Shown piece after piece: positions 37,861 through 47,143 of a stretch of 64,000 bases of DNA. The number at the start of each line of letters is the position of its first letter. Within the stretch, counting starts at the first letter, position 1. Location: contig CAYZTL010000003.1 of the NCBI GenBank assembly GCA_964481465.1, positions 65,717-129,716 of the forward strand, given 5' to 3'. A program made the translations under genes and the position numbers. The DNA is from an uncultured Anaerolineales bacterium. Its GTDB lineage: Bacteria; Chloroflexota; Anaerolineae; Anaerolineales; UBA11858. A model generated the notes under the pieces. The model saw only the letters and a program-made list of their open reading frames with translations. It ran no database searches and was not told where the DNA came from.

Positions 37861-39846
37861 ATGAAAACCAAGGTCGATATACTGCTAACCAATGCCATCG
37901 TCCTCACCCTTGACGAAGCATATAAAAAATATGACCATGGCGCCGTCGCCATCCAAGGGGATCATATTTACGCGGTGGGTCCCGCTGAGAAAATGGAAGA
38001 GGAAATCGAAGCGGATTCGGTCCTGGATTGCCAAGGAAAAGTGGTCATGCCGGGCTTGATCAACACCCACACTCATATGGCCATGAACCTGCTTCGAGGG
38101 TTAGCTGATGATCTCCGTTTGGATGTCTGGCTGTTGGGATATGTGATGCCCGTGGAGCGGGAATTTGTCTCTCCAGAATTTGTCAGGTTAGGGACGACCC
38201 TCGCCTGTGCCGAATTGATCCGATCGGGGGTGACCGCCTTTGCAGATATGTACTATTTCGAAGACCAAGTTGCTCAGGCTGCGGCGGAGGCTGGTTTACG
38301 GGGGATTTGTTCACAGACCATCCTCAAATTCAAAGGGCCGGATGCCGACACTTACGAACAAGCCCTCAAATCCGCGGAAGCGCTGATTAATAAATGGAAA
38401 GGGCACCCCCTCATCATCCCCGGTGTCGCCCCCCATGCTGCCTATACATCCACGGAAGACATCTTAACCTCTGCCACGGAGCTGGCTGTGTCCCACGATG
38501 TACCTCTCCTCATTCATATCGCGGAGACAAGCAGCGAAGTCGAAGAATGTATCGAGAATTTCGAGATGCGGGTCGTCCATTATCTGGAAAAACAGGGGGT
38601 ATTCTCCGCGAAAACGATCTCTGCCCACTGTGTCCATATCGATGAAAGCGAGATGCACACCCTTCATCACCACCAGGTAGGCATTGCCCACAATCCCACC
38701 TCAAACCTAAAACTCGGCTCCGGCATCGCCCCTGTGCCGTCCATGCTGGATGTTGGGTTGGATGTCGGGATTGGCACGGATGGGGTTTCCTCCAACAACG
38801 ACCTGGATATGTTCGAGGAAATGCGTTTGACAGCGCTTCTCGCCAAGGGAAGCACAGGGGATCCAACGACCATCCCTGCCAAAGCGGCCCTCGCCATGGC
38901 GACCAGGATGGGCGCTGAGGCGATCCATATCGCCGACCAGACCGGCTCATTGACCCCGGATAAAAAAGCGGATCTGATCGTGGTTGATATCTCAACCCTG
39001 CACAATTCACCGCGCTTCCGGAATGACCCGGATGGCGTCTACGCTCAACTGGTATATGCGGCGAAATCAACGGATGTCCAGGATGTAATGGTCGATGGAA
39101 AGTGGCTCATGCGCTCCCGGGAATTATTAACCGTTGAGGTAGAGGAGCTCCTTCTCCAGGCCCAAAAGATGGCTGACCAGATCGATCAATTCGTCTCGAA
39201 ACGCGAACAGTCCGTATACTCGAAACTGATTGCCATAGGCGGCGCGGTTGAACAGGAAAGCTATGAAGTGCAAGCGAAGGTTAAGGTAGATGATCCCCAA
39301 GCCGTCATTGAAGCTCTGAAAGATTCCGACTTGGAGATCATTTATGATCGACACTATCATGAGTATGACACCTACTTTGAGTTTGCAGACTCAAATGAAG
39401 GTTGGCTGCGGTACCGCGAAGACGAGTTCATCAATGACCGGGGGGATGTTTATGACATCCGGTACCGTTTGACGCTCATTGGACCAACACGAGAACGGAA
39501 GTTCCCCCAAGAAGTCCTCCTTTCGCGAAGCCGTTTTCTCGCCCCCGCCACTCACAGCCTTCGTTTCTACCGGGAATACTTCCAGCCCACCGGGGAGACA
39601 TTCATCGAAAAAGACCGCCTGCGCTGGAAAGTCAGCTACCACGGGATCGAATTCTACATCAATGTCGATCGCCTGGACGATCCCGATTTGGGCACTTTCC
39701 TGGAAGTGAAAAGCCGCACCTGGAGCCTGGAAGACGCGGAGAAAAAGGCGGAATTAGCGGATGATCTCCTCCAAGTCCTCGGCGTTTCCCCCCAAGAGCG
39801 CAGGACGGATGACTACGTCTTTATCGTTGAATCAGAGTCAGGATGA
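37861..39846 (+). CDS. mtaD: fusion protein: MtaD-like 5'-methylthioadenosine/S-adenosylhomocysteine deaminase (aa 1-~440) + CYTH / class IV adenylate-cyclase-like domain (aa ~467-661)
   Basis: 661 aa. The N-terminal part has PGLINTHTHMAMNLLRGLADDLRLDVWL. The C-terminal part has YEVQAKVKVDD...WLRYRED...YRLTLIGP...IEFYINVDRLDDPDLGTFLEVK, a CyaB/CYTH topology. Confidence 0.85.
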   Translation: MKTKVDILLTNAIVLTLDEAYKKYDHGAVAIQGDHIYAVGPAEKMEEEIEADSVLDCQGKVVMPGLINTHTHMAMNLLRGLADDLRLDVWLLGYVMPVEREFVSPEFVRLGTTLACAELIRSGVTAFADMYYFEDQVAQAAAEAGLRGICSQTILKFKGPDADTYEQALKSAEALINKWKGHPLIIPGVAPHAAYTSTEDILTSATELAVSHDVPLLIHIAETSSEVEECIENFEMRVVHYLEKQGVFSAKTISAHCVHIDESEMHTLHHHQVGIAHNPTSNLKLGSGIAPVPSMLDVGLDVGIGTDGVSSNNDLDMFEEMRLTALLAKGSTGDPTTIPAKAALAMATRMGAEAIHIADQTGSLTPDKKADLIVVDISTLHNSPRFRNDPDGVYAQLVYAAKSTDVQDVMVDGKWLMRSRELLTVEVEELLLQAQKMADQIDQFVSKREQSVYSKLIAIGGAVEQESYEVQAKVKVDDPQAVIEALKDSDLEIIYDRHYHEYDTYFEFADSNEGWLRYREDEFINDRGDVYDIRYRLTLIGPTRERKFPQEVLLSRSRFLAPATHSLRFYREYFQPTGETFIEKDRLRWKVSYHGIEFYINVDRLDDPDLGTFLEVKSRTWSLEDAEKKAELADDLLQVLGVSPQERRTDDYVFIVESESG

Positions 39847-40706
39847 TCAAAATCGCCCTCCTGGCGGATATCCATGCCAATTTCCCCGCCCTCTTATCTG
39901 CCTCAGAAGAAGTAAAGAGCTGGAAACCAGACGCTGTCTTCGTGTTGGGAGACGCCATCAATCGGGGTCCTCGGCCCCGGGAGTGTCTGCAGCACCTGCT
40001 CAATAAAGGCAGAGAAGAAAACTGGCAGATGCTCTTTGGCAATCACGAAGATTATGTCCTCCAGTTTGAAGCGGAAGATGCCCCCCGATCAGGTCCTCGC
40101 TTCGAAATCCTCCAATTCGTGTATTGGACACACCAAAAGTTGAGCCGGGAAGAGCTCCGCGCAATCAAAAATTTGCCCCGCCAGATTGACGAAAGGCTGG
40201 CTACCGGACAACATTTAAGGGCGGTTCATGCCTCCATGGCGGGTTTGAGAGCGGGAATCTATCCGCATACCCCTCTGGAGAAATTACGCGACATGATCCA
40301 ACCCGCCCCCGACATCCTCTGCGTGGGCCATACCCACAAACCGCTCATCCGCAATGTGAAGGATACCAAGATCATCAACGCTGGGTCAGTCGGGCTGCCC
40401 TTTGATGGCAATCCCAAGCCGAGTTATGCGCGAATCCAGGTGACACCGGACGAAGTTGCGGTCGATATACGCCGTTTCGATTATGACCGTGAGCAAGCCA
40501 TCCAAGATTTCCATGACACGAACTTCTTGGAGGAGGGAGGCCCGATGGTCAAGATCGTCTTGCAAGAATTGTTATCAGCGCGGCCCCTGATCAACCGCTG
40601 GAACAGGGAATATGAACAGGATGTGCTGAGCGGTGAATGCTCCCTTGCAGAATCTGTACAAGCTTTTCTCCACAACACCCACCCATCAAGCGCTTTTGAT
40701 CATTGA
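39843..40706 (+). CDS. metallophosphoesterase (calcineurin-like phosphoesterase family)
   Basis: 287 aa. DIHANFPAL, GDAINRGP, GNHE and GHTH motifs are present. There is an ATGA start/stop overlap with the upstream gene. Confidence 0.85.
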   Translation: MIKIALLADIHANFPALLSASEEVKSWKPDAVFVLGDAINRGPRPRECLQHLLNKGREENWQMLFGNHEDYVLQFEAEDAPRSGPRFEILQFVYWTHQKLSREELRAIKNLPRQIDERLATGQHLRAVHASMAGLRAGIYPHTPLEKLRDMIQPAPDILCVGHTHKPLIRNVKDTKIINAGSVGLPFDGNPKPSYARIQVTPDEVAVDIRRFDYDREQAIQDFHDTNFLEEGGPMVKIVLQELLSARPLINRWNREYEQDVLSGECSLAESVQAFLHNTHPSSAFDH

Positions 40707-40741
40707 GGAAGAGGGAAAATTGGGGATGGTATACTGGTTCT

Positions 40742-41539
40742 ATGGATAACGAGATTCTCACCTTCGCCATTGATCTGGCAAAAGAGACGGGGGCCCTCTT
40801 GCGAGAATACTTTGAAGTGGACGGTGTCCCGGGCAGATTAAAAGAGGACCAAACATTGGTGACCAGAGCAGATCTGGAAGCGGACGAGTTGATCCGCAAA
40901 GCCATCCAAAAGAAATATCCTCAAGATGGGATCCTCAGCGAAGAGGGTGACACGTCTTATCCAAAGGGGCATTCCCATGTTTGGGTCGTAGACCCTTTGG
41001 ACGGCACAACCAATTTCAGCCTTGGATTGCACTATTGGGGTGTATCCCTGGCTCGTTTTGAAGGCGGTCATCCCCACACAGCGGCCGTCTACTTTCCCAT
41101 TGTGGACGAATTGTACGCTGCCCAACGGGGAGGAGGTTTGGAACTCAACGGGGAAAAGCATCGCATCCCCAATCCGAAACAAAACAACCCCAAATCTTTT
41201 TTCGCACACTGTTCAAGGACCTACAACTGCTACCAAGTCAATCTCCCTTATAAATCGCGCTCTTTAGGCGCGGCAGCTTATCATCTCTGCACCGTGGCAA
41301 AGGGCTCTGCCATCATTGCTTTGGAAACCACCCCAAAAATCTGGGATATCGCCGGGGCTTGGCTTGTGGTGCAAGAAGCGGGAGGATGTATCTCCACCCT
41401 GAAAGGGGGAAAACCATTTCCCGCCCTTTCCGGGATCGATTATCAAGATAAACCTTTCACTACCTTAGCTACTGCAAGCCCAACTTTATTGAAACGAGCA
41501 CAAAAAGGACTTATCCCGAAAGTATCATATAAACCATAA
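40742..41539 (+). CDS. inositol monophosphatase family protein (SuhB/CysQ-like)
   Basis: LSEEGD...[12 protein letters not shown] and WDIAGA motifs are present. The track start TTG 40703 is possible, but ATG 40742 (MDNEILTF) is preferred. Confidence 0.85.
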   Translation: MDNEILTFAIDLAKETGALLREYFEVDGVPGRLKEDQTLVTRADLEADELIRKAIQKKYPQDGILSEEGDTSYPKGHSHVWVVDPLDGTTNFSLGLHYWGVSLARFEGGHPHTAAVYFPIVDELYAAQRGGGLELNGEKHRIPNPKQNNPKSFFAHCSRTYNCYQVNLPYKSRSLGAAAYHLCTVAKGSAIIALETTPKIWDIAGAWLVVQEAGGCISTLKGGKPFPALSGIDYQDKPFTTLATASPTLLKRAQKGLIPKVSYKP

Positions 41540-41553
41540 TTATGGAGGTAAAA

Positions 41554-42546
41554 ATGGAGTACCGATTTTTGGGAAAATCAGGTTTAAAGGTTTCCGCGTT
41601 ATCTTACGGTTCATGGGTCACCTTCGGAACCCAGATCGGCGTCGAAGAAGCGTATGAGTTGATGAACATCGCCTACAAAGCCGGGGTGAATTTTTTCGAT
41701 AACGCTGAGGCGTACAGCGGCGGGGAATCGGAAATCATCATGGGGAAGGTGATTAAAAAAGCGGGGTGGAAACGCTCTGACCTCGTCCTCTCCACCAAGA
41801 TTTTCTGGGGTGGGGAAGGTCCGAACGACCGTGGGCTGTCACGAAAGCACCTCATTGAAGGGGTGGATGCTTCTCTGGAACGCATGCAGCTCGATTACGT
41901 GGATCTGTTATTCGCCCACCGACCGGATAAATACACCCCCGTCGAAGAGACCGTACGGGCCATGAATCACATTATCGACCAAGGGAAAGCCTTCTACTGG
42001 GGAACCAGCATGTGGTCTGCCCAGGAAATCATGGAAGCCTATGCCGTGGCGCGAAGAGAGCACTTGATCCCGCCTTTGATGGAACAACCCCGCTACAATA
42101 TGTTCCACCGGGAACGCGTCGAAAAAGAGTACCACCGCTTGTATAGGGAGATTGGGTTAGGGACGACGATATGGAGTCCCTTGGCCAGCGGTCTGTTAAC
42201 CGGGAAATACAACGAAGGCATTCCAGAGGACTCCCGGGCCAACTTGGAAGAATACGAGTGGCTGCGGAAGCGTTTCACCAGTGAAACCGCCCAAAAGCAA
42301 ATTGAGAAGGTGAAGAAGATGATGCCCATCGCGGAGGAAGTGGGCTGCAGCATGGCCCAACTCGCCCTGGCCTGGTGCCTGACCAATCCCCATGTCAGCA
42401 CCGTGATCACCGGCGCGTCAAAGCCCTCTCAAGTCGAAGAGAACATGAAAGCGCTGCAAGTCGTTGACAAGCTGACGCCTGACATCCTGGACCGCATAGA
42501 GGAGATTTTAGACAACAAACCAGAATTGCCCGGCGACTTTCGCTAA
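41554..42546 (+). CDS. aldo/keto reductase (Kv-beta/Tas-like)
   Basis: [21 protein letters not shown]... ATG 41554 lies 5 nt after GGAGG. The family pattern runs throughout. Confidence 0.88.
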   Translation: MEYRFLGKSGLKVSALSYGSWVTFGTQIGVEEAYELMNIAYKAGVNFFDNAEAYSGGESEIIMGKVIKKAGWKRSDLVLSTKIFWGGEGPNDRGLSRKHLIEGVDASLERMQLDYVDLLFAHRPDKYTPVEETVRAMNHIIDQGKAFYWGTSMWSAQEIMEAYAVARREHLIPPLMEQPRYNMFHRERVEKEYHRLYREIGLGTTIWSPLASGLLTGKYNEGIPEDSRANLEEYEWLRKRFTSETAQKQIEKVKKMMPIAEEVGCSMAQLALAWCLTNPHVSTVITGASKPSQVEENMKALQVVDKLTPDILDRIEEILDNKPELPGDFR

Positions 42547-42564
42547 TCGTGACACCTGGAAATG

Positions 42565-42613
42565 AAAAGCTCCAGGAGGGTGTAGGCATCATCCGCCCTT
42601 CTGGAGCTTTTTT
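42565..42613. terminator. rho-independent terminator shared by the convergent AKR and purB genes
   Basis: A roughly 14-bp imperfect stem GCTCCAGGAGGGTG/CGCCCTTCTGGAGC is followed by TTTTTT and preceded by GAAAA. Confidence 0.75.
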
Positions 42614-42632
42614 GACTTAACTTCGGAAGGAA

Positions 42633-44033
42633 TTAAGCCTTGCTTGTTTTCATCCCCTCCCGAATCATATCCACCAGCTTCAATGCCCGTTGGGGAGCAT
42701 CGCCGAGATAGCCTTCCGCCTCCATGATCTCCCGTATCTCCCCTTTGGAGAGATAGGAAAGCACTTCCGCATCCTCCATAATCAACCCTTTCAACGGGTT
42801 AGGACCCCCGTTTTGGACAGCAGACCAGGCAGAGAGCGCATGGTCTCGCAAACGCCCATGCATTTTCTGGCGATCAGCCCCCCGTTTGCTCAATTCCATG
42901 AGAAGCGGCTCTGTAGCCGCAAAGGGACCGTACGCTTTAAGATTGCTGGAAATCCCCTGGAGATAAATTTCCAAACCCCCAATTACCTTCTTGCTTACCG
43001 TCAACAATTCATCTGCGATCAGAAATGCCTCCGGCAGGACAGAACGGCGGTTGGCGCTGTCATCCAGCGTCCTCTCTAAAAGGGACAAGGCAGCGTTATC
43101 CCAGGCTACGCGAGGAAATTGTGCTAACAACCGGGCGATCGAATCCATTTTTTCAGCCTGAATGGGGTTGCGCTTGAACGGCATCGCGGAAGAGCCAATT
43201 TGATCCTCACCAAACGGTTCTGACCATTCTCCCAGGGGCGGGGCCTGCAAAATGCGGAGATCGAAGGCGAACTTATGGATTGTCGCGCCGATGCCCGCCA
43301 GCGTGGTTAGTACCCGATAATCCTGGCGCCGGGGATAGGTTTGGGTGACCACCGGATGGAATGGTAAATCCAGTTTCTCCGAAAGGCGGTGCTGAAAATC
43401 GTCCAACTGGTCCGGTCCCAGCAAAGTCAGGTATGAGGCGCTGGTTCCCACCGCTCCTGTAAAGCCTTTCCCCTGGATCTCCTTCCGCAGGCGACCTACA
43501 TCCCGCTCATCCCTCCACAAATCTTGGGCGTACCCCGCAAAACGATACCCCAGGCTGGTCGGTTCCGCGGGTTGCAGGTGCGTGAAGCCCAGAGTGGGCG
43601 TGCTTGCATATCGCTCTACCAAATCAAGGAGAGGGTTTAAGACCTCCCGCAACCTGTGTTGAATGAGATCCAGCCCTTCGCGGGTCAGGAGGACCACGGC
43701 GTTATCTTTAATATCCATCGATGTGGCGCCCAGATGCAGGATCCCCCCTGCCTGCGAACACTGTGCGGCATACACTTCGAGTTCAGCCATCAAATCGTGG
43801 TGGATCCGGCGTTCAACCTCGAGGGATCTTTGCACATCCACCTCAGCCACGTGATCCCGCAAATCCTCAACCTGGGCATCGGTCACCAACCCAAACCTGG
43901 ATTGGACTTCCGCCAGCGCCACCCAGATCTGCCTCCATACCCGCCGTTTGTTGACTTCGCTCCAGATCTCCCTCATCTCTGGCGTCCCGTAACGCCAGCT
44001 GTACGGCGAACGATATTCTCCGTATGTGTTCAT
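42633..44033 (-). CDS. purB: adenylosuccinate lyase
   Basis: YRSPYSWRYGTPEM..., HLGATSMDI and GSSAMPFKRNP (fumarate-lyase signature) are present. ATG 44033 is preceded by AGGAAGG. Confidence 0.92.
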   Translation of the reverse strand: MNTYGEYRSPYSWRYGTPEMREIWSEVNKRRVWRQIWVALAEVQSRFGLVTDAQVEDLRDHVAEVDVQRSLEVERRIHHDLMAELEVYAAQCSQAGGILHLGATSMDIKDNAVVLLTREGLDLIQHRLREVLNPLLDLVERYASTPTLGFTHLQPAEPTSLGYRFAGYAQDLWRDERDVGRLRKEIQGKGFTGAVGTSASYLTLLGPDQLDDFQHRLSEKLDLPFHPVVTQTYPRRQDYRVLTTLAGIGATIHKFAFDLRILQAPPLGEWSEPFGEDQIGSSAMPFKRNPIQAEKMDSIARLLAQFPRVAWDNAALSLLERTLDDSANRRSVLPEAFLIADELLTVSKKVIGGLEIYLQGISSNLKAYGPFAATEPLLMELSKRGADRQKMHGRLRDHALSAWSAVQNGGPNPLKGLIMEDAEVLSYLSKGEIREIMEAEGYLGDAPQRALKLVDMIREGMKTSKA

Positions 44034-44241
44034 CTTCCCTTCCTTTGGCAGCGATTGATACACCCTGGGATACTCAGATCCAAAAATCGTCCATAGAATT
44101 GAAACTTCACATTATAATATTACCAAGACTTTCCAATTCTGTTGTGAAACACGCGGAATAGATGTTGAAAATCTCTCTTGCATATATATCTGACGAGAAA
44201 GGTTCTCAATACCTCAGATTGCGGTTAACAAATAAACAAAC

Positions 44242-44269
44242 TTTACTCTCACCCATCTGACGGTATAAT
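44242..44269 (+). promoter_or_regulatory. candidate promoter of the kinase/PP2C/vWA/FHA operon
   Basis: TTTACT-N16-TATAAT, about 35 nt upstream of the proposed start at 44302. Confidence 0.4.
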
Positions 44270-44301
44270 AAGGAGAAGGTAAACAGAGAGGGGAGGTCAC
44301 T

Positions 44302-46185
44302 CTGGAAACAAGGAAGATCACCGGAAAACTTGAGGAAACCGCCAAATCGAAGGAATACCTCAAGCCTGGTACCAAATTAGAAGGACGATATAAGATCATA
44401 TCCACCGTTGGCCGGGGTGGGATGGGGGCTGTTTACCGTGCTCAAGATCTCCGTTTTTCAGTAAGCAAGATCGTGGCGGTCAAGGAGATGATCAACCAAG
44501 CCTCTGATCCTGAGATCCGGTCCACGATCGTGGATAATTTTGAGCGGGAAGCAAACATCTTGGCCACGGTGAATCACCCGGCCATCCCCACCATCTACGA
44601 TTATTTCACCCTGGGAACCCGGTCTTACCTGGTGATGGAGTTCATTCACGGGAAAAACATGGAAGCCATGCTCCAAGAGCGTGGAGCCCCATTTCCTGAG
44701 GAAAAAGTGATCACCTGGGCTGTCTCGGTCTGCGATGTGCTCCATTACCTGCATACCCATGAACCGGAACCGATCATTTTCAGGGACGTAAAACCAGCCA
44801 ACATCCTCATCGACAGGGATAATCGAGTCAACCTGGTCGATTTCGGCATCGCCAAGACATTCCAGGCGGGCGTAAAAGGGACCATGATCGGCACGGAAGG
44901 CTACTCCCCGCCCGAACAATATCGTGGGGAAGCCTCACCGAAAGTGGATATTTACGCGCTGGGAGCCACGCTCCACCACCTGCTCACCGATAAAGATCCC
45001 AGGACAGAACCCCCCTTTACTTTCGAAGAGCGACCCATCAAAGAACACAACCCCAAAGTGTCTTCAGCTTTAGAAACGATCGTTAATACTGCGCTGCAGT
45101 ACAACCCGCAGGATCGTTTTGACAGCGCGGCCACCATGAAAAAAGCCTTGATCGGCGTGGCTCAACAAACCGGCATGCTCACCGAGGATCTGTCTGTTTC
45201 TCAAGCCACACAATTTTTCCAGGATCAAACCCACGCACCGCTCTGGACTTTCAAATGCGAGGATGAAATCCGCGGCACTCCGACGTTCCACGATGGAGTG
45301 CTTTACATCGGGTCTTATGATCACAATCTCTACGCACTCAACGCGTCCAGCGGCGAGTTCATCTGGAAATATGCCGCAAATGGGGGTATTGTCACCAAAC
45401 CCGCCATTCATGAAAGCAAAGTCTGTTTCGGGTCCACGGACCAGTACGTATACTGCGTCAGCACGCGAACCGGAAAGATGGTCTGGAAGCAATCTACGGA
45501 GGGTGCCATTTACTCTTCTCCATACATCGCAGAAGGGCACCTGTTTATCGGATCAGATGACGAATACCTTCATGTCCTCAACATCCTCACCGGAAGGGAA
45601 GCCTGGAGGACAAATCTCGGATCCAGGGTGAGATCCAGCCCGATCGTGGTCAATGACAAGGTCTATATCGGAAATGAAGGGGGAGATATCCAGTGTTATG
45701 ACTTTAGCGGAAACATCAAATGGCGTACGTCCGCAAAACGAGCTGTGATGGCTTCCCCTCACTACAAAGAAAACATCATCTATATCACCTCCCTCGATTC
45801 TGTCCTCTATGCGATTGATGCCAATTCGGGATGGGTCGTGTGGCGCTTCCGAATGGATAACGGTTCCATCTCCACTCCCACCACCAATGAAAACCATGTC
45901 TACGTGGGTTCGACGGATGGGAAACTGTACTGCATCAACTTAAAATCAAGCAAAAAAGTGTGGGATTATCAAACCGACAACCAGGTCAACAGCTCCCCCG
46001 TTCATTACAAAGGCGCGATTTATTTCTGCAATACAGATGGGATCATATACAGCCTTGACGCGCAAAACGGACGTCTGCGCTGGAAATTCTCAACCAAAGG
46101 ACCCATCACAGGATCCCCCCAGATCGTCAACGACATAGTATATGTGGGATCGACGGACCAGCACATTTATGCTTTGCCTGCCTAG
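44302..46185 (+). CDS. Ser/Thr protein kinase fused to an 8-bladed PQQ-like beta-propeller, no TM segment
   Basis: The track ORF starts at ATG 44422, inside the Gly-loop (GRGGMGAVYRA). The same frame is open from 44272 and encodes conserved LKPGTKLEGRYKIISTVGRGG. It contains no ATG/GTG/TTG, and CTG 44302 lies 5 nt after GGGGAGG. The C-terminal half carries repeated xxVYxGSxDxxLYAL motifs. Confidence 0.85.
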   Translation: METRKITGKLEETAKSKEYLKPGTKLEGRYKIISTVGRGGMGAVYRAQDLRFSVSKIVAVKEMINQASDPEIRSTIVDNFEREANILATVNHPAIPTIYDYFTLGTRSYLVMEFIHGKNMEAMLQERGAPFPEEKVITWAVSVCDVLHYLHTHEPEPIIFRDVKPANILIDRDNRVNLVDFGIAKTFQAGVKGTMIGTEGYSPPEQYRGEASPKVDIYALGATLHHLLTDKDPRTEPPFTFEERPIKEHNPKVSSALETIVNTALQYNPQDRFDSAATMKKALIGVAQQTGMLTEDLSVSQATQFFQDQTHAPLWTFKCEDEIRGTPTFHDGVLYIGSYDHNLYALNASSGEFIWKYAANGGIVTKPAIHESKVCFGSTDQYVYCVSTRTGKMVWKQSTEGAIYSSPYIAEGHLFIGSDDEYLHVLNILTGREAWRTNLGSRVRSSPIVVNDKVYIGNEGGDIQCYDFSGNIKWRTSAKRAVMASPHYKENIIYITSLDSVLYAIDANSGWVVWRFRMDNGSISTPTTNENHVYVGSTDGKLYCINLKSSKKVWDYQTDNQVNSSPVHYKGAIYFCNTDGIIYSLDAQNGRLRWKFSTKGPITGSPQIVNDIVYVGSTDQHIYALPA

Positions 46186-46218
46186 CCCCTAACCCCTCCA
46201 CCTAGCGTATGACCCCTT

Positions 46219-47136
46219 GTGAACATGTTCAGAAAAATCCTCCAAACAATAAAAGAAATTTCTACCCCCCAAGAAACACCAACCCAAACTGAGAACGAAG
46301 CTTTGCAGGTGGAAGAGAAACCTTTCCCAGCAACAAAACTCGTAAAACAGAAGACATATCAACTAAACGTCGGACATGGACAATCCGTTGGACGCCAACG
46401 GAATCATAACGAAGACGCATTTTTCACCTTGACATCCATGTTAGCCTACAATGACACGGAACTCCCCGTCGGATTCTATATTGTGGCGGACGGCATGGGG
46501 GGACACCAAAACGGGGAGGTCGCCAGCGAACTGGCGATCCGTTCCATCGTCGAGCATGTCTTTCATGAAATCCTCACCCCACTGTTGAGCTTAAACCCGC
46601 AACCGCAAGAATCCTCATTTCAGGAAGTCTTCCAGACCGGCATCGAACAGGCAAATTCAGAAATCGTCCGCAGTTCGTATGGGGGAGGTACCACGGTAAC
46701 CACGGTTCTCATCATTGGCGAACAAATGACCATCGCTCATGTGGGGGATAGCCGGGTGTATGCTGTCGATACTGCGGGCAAATTAGATCCGCTAACAAGG
46801 GATCACTCGCTTGTGAAACGCCTTCAAGAATTAGGGCAAATCAGCTCTGAAGAGGCAGCCATCCACCCCCAAAGGAATGTCCTCTACCGGGCCCTCGGGC
46901 AAGGTGAACCTTTTGAACCTGAGATCATGTCCATGAAACGACCCGATGAAGGTTATTTACTCATCTGTTCAGATGGATTATGGAGTATCGTCGAAGAAGG
47001 AAAAATAAGCGAGATCATCATCAACAGCCCATCTCCACAAGAAGCGGTAAACCGCCTGATCGATGCTGCCAATGAGGCCGGAGGGCCGGACAACATCTCC
47101 GTGATCCTGGTTGACCTCCCCGACCTGGCAGCCTAA
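46219..47136 (+). CDS. PP2C-family Ser/Thr protein phosphatase
   Basis: 305 aa. NEDAF, VADGMGGH, GGTT, VGDSR, SDGL and DNISV motifs are present. The start is GTG 46219 or ATG 46225. Confidence 0.9.
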   Translation: MNMFRKILQTIKEISTPQETPTQTENEALQVEEKPFPATKLVKQKTYQLNVGHGQSVGRQRNHNEDAFFTLTSMLAYNDTELPVGFYIVADGMGGHQNGEVASELAIRSIVEHVFHEILTPLLSLNPQPQESSFQEVFQTGIEQANSEIVRSSYGGGTTVTTVLIIGEQMTIAHVGDSRVYAVDTAGKLDPLTRDHSLVKRLQELGQISSEEAAIHPQRNVLYRALGQGEPFEPEIMSMKRPDEGYLLICSDGLWSIVEEGKISEIIINSPSPQEAVNRLIDAANEAGGPDNISVILVDLPDLAA

Positions 47137-47143
47137 TCTTCCC

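Noticed and set aside
44214-44405. 63-aa minus-strand ORF upstream of the kinase gene
   Set aside because: It overlaps the predicted promoter, RBS and conserved N-terminal coding region of the plus-strand kinase, and it has no RBS of its own.
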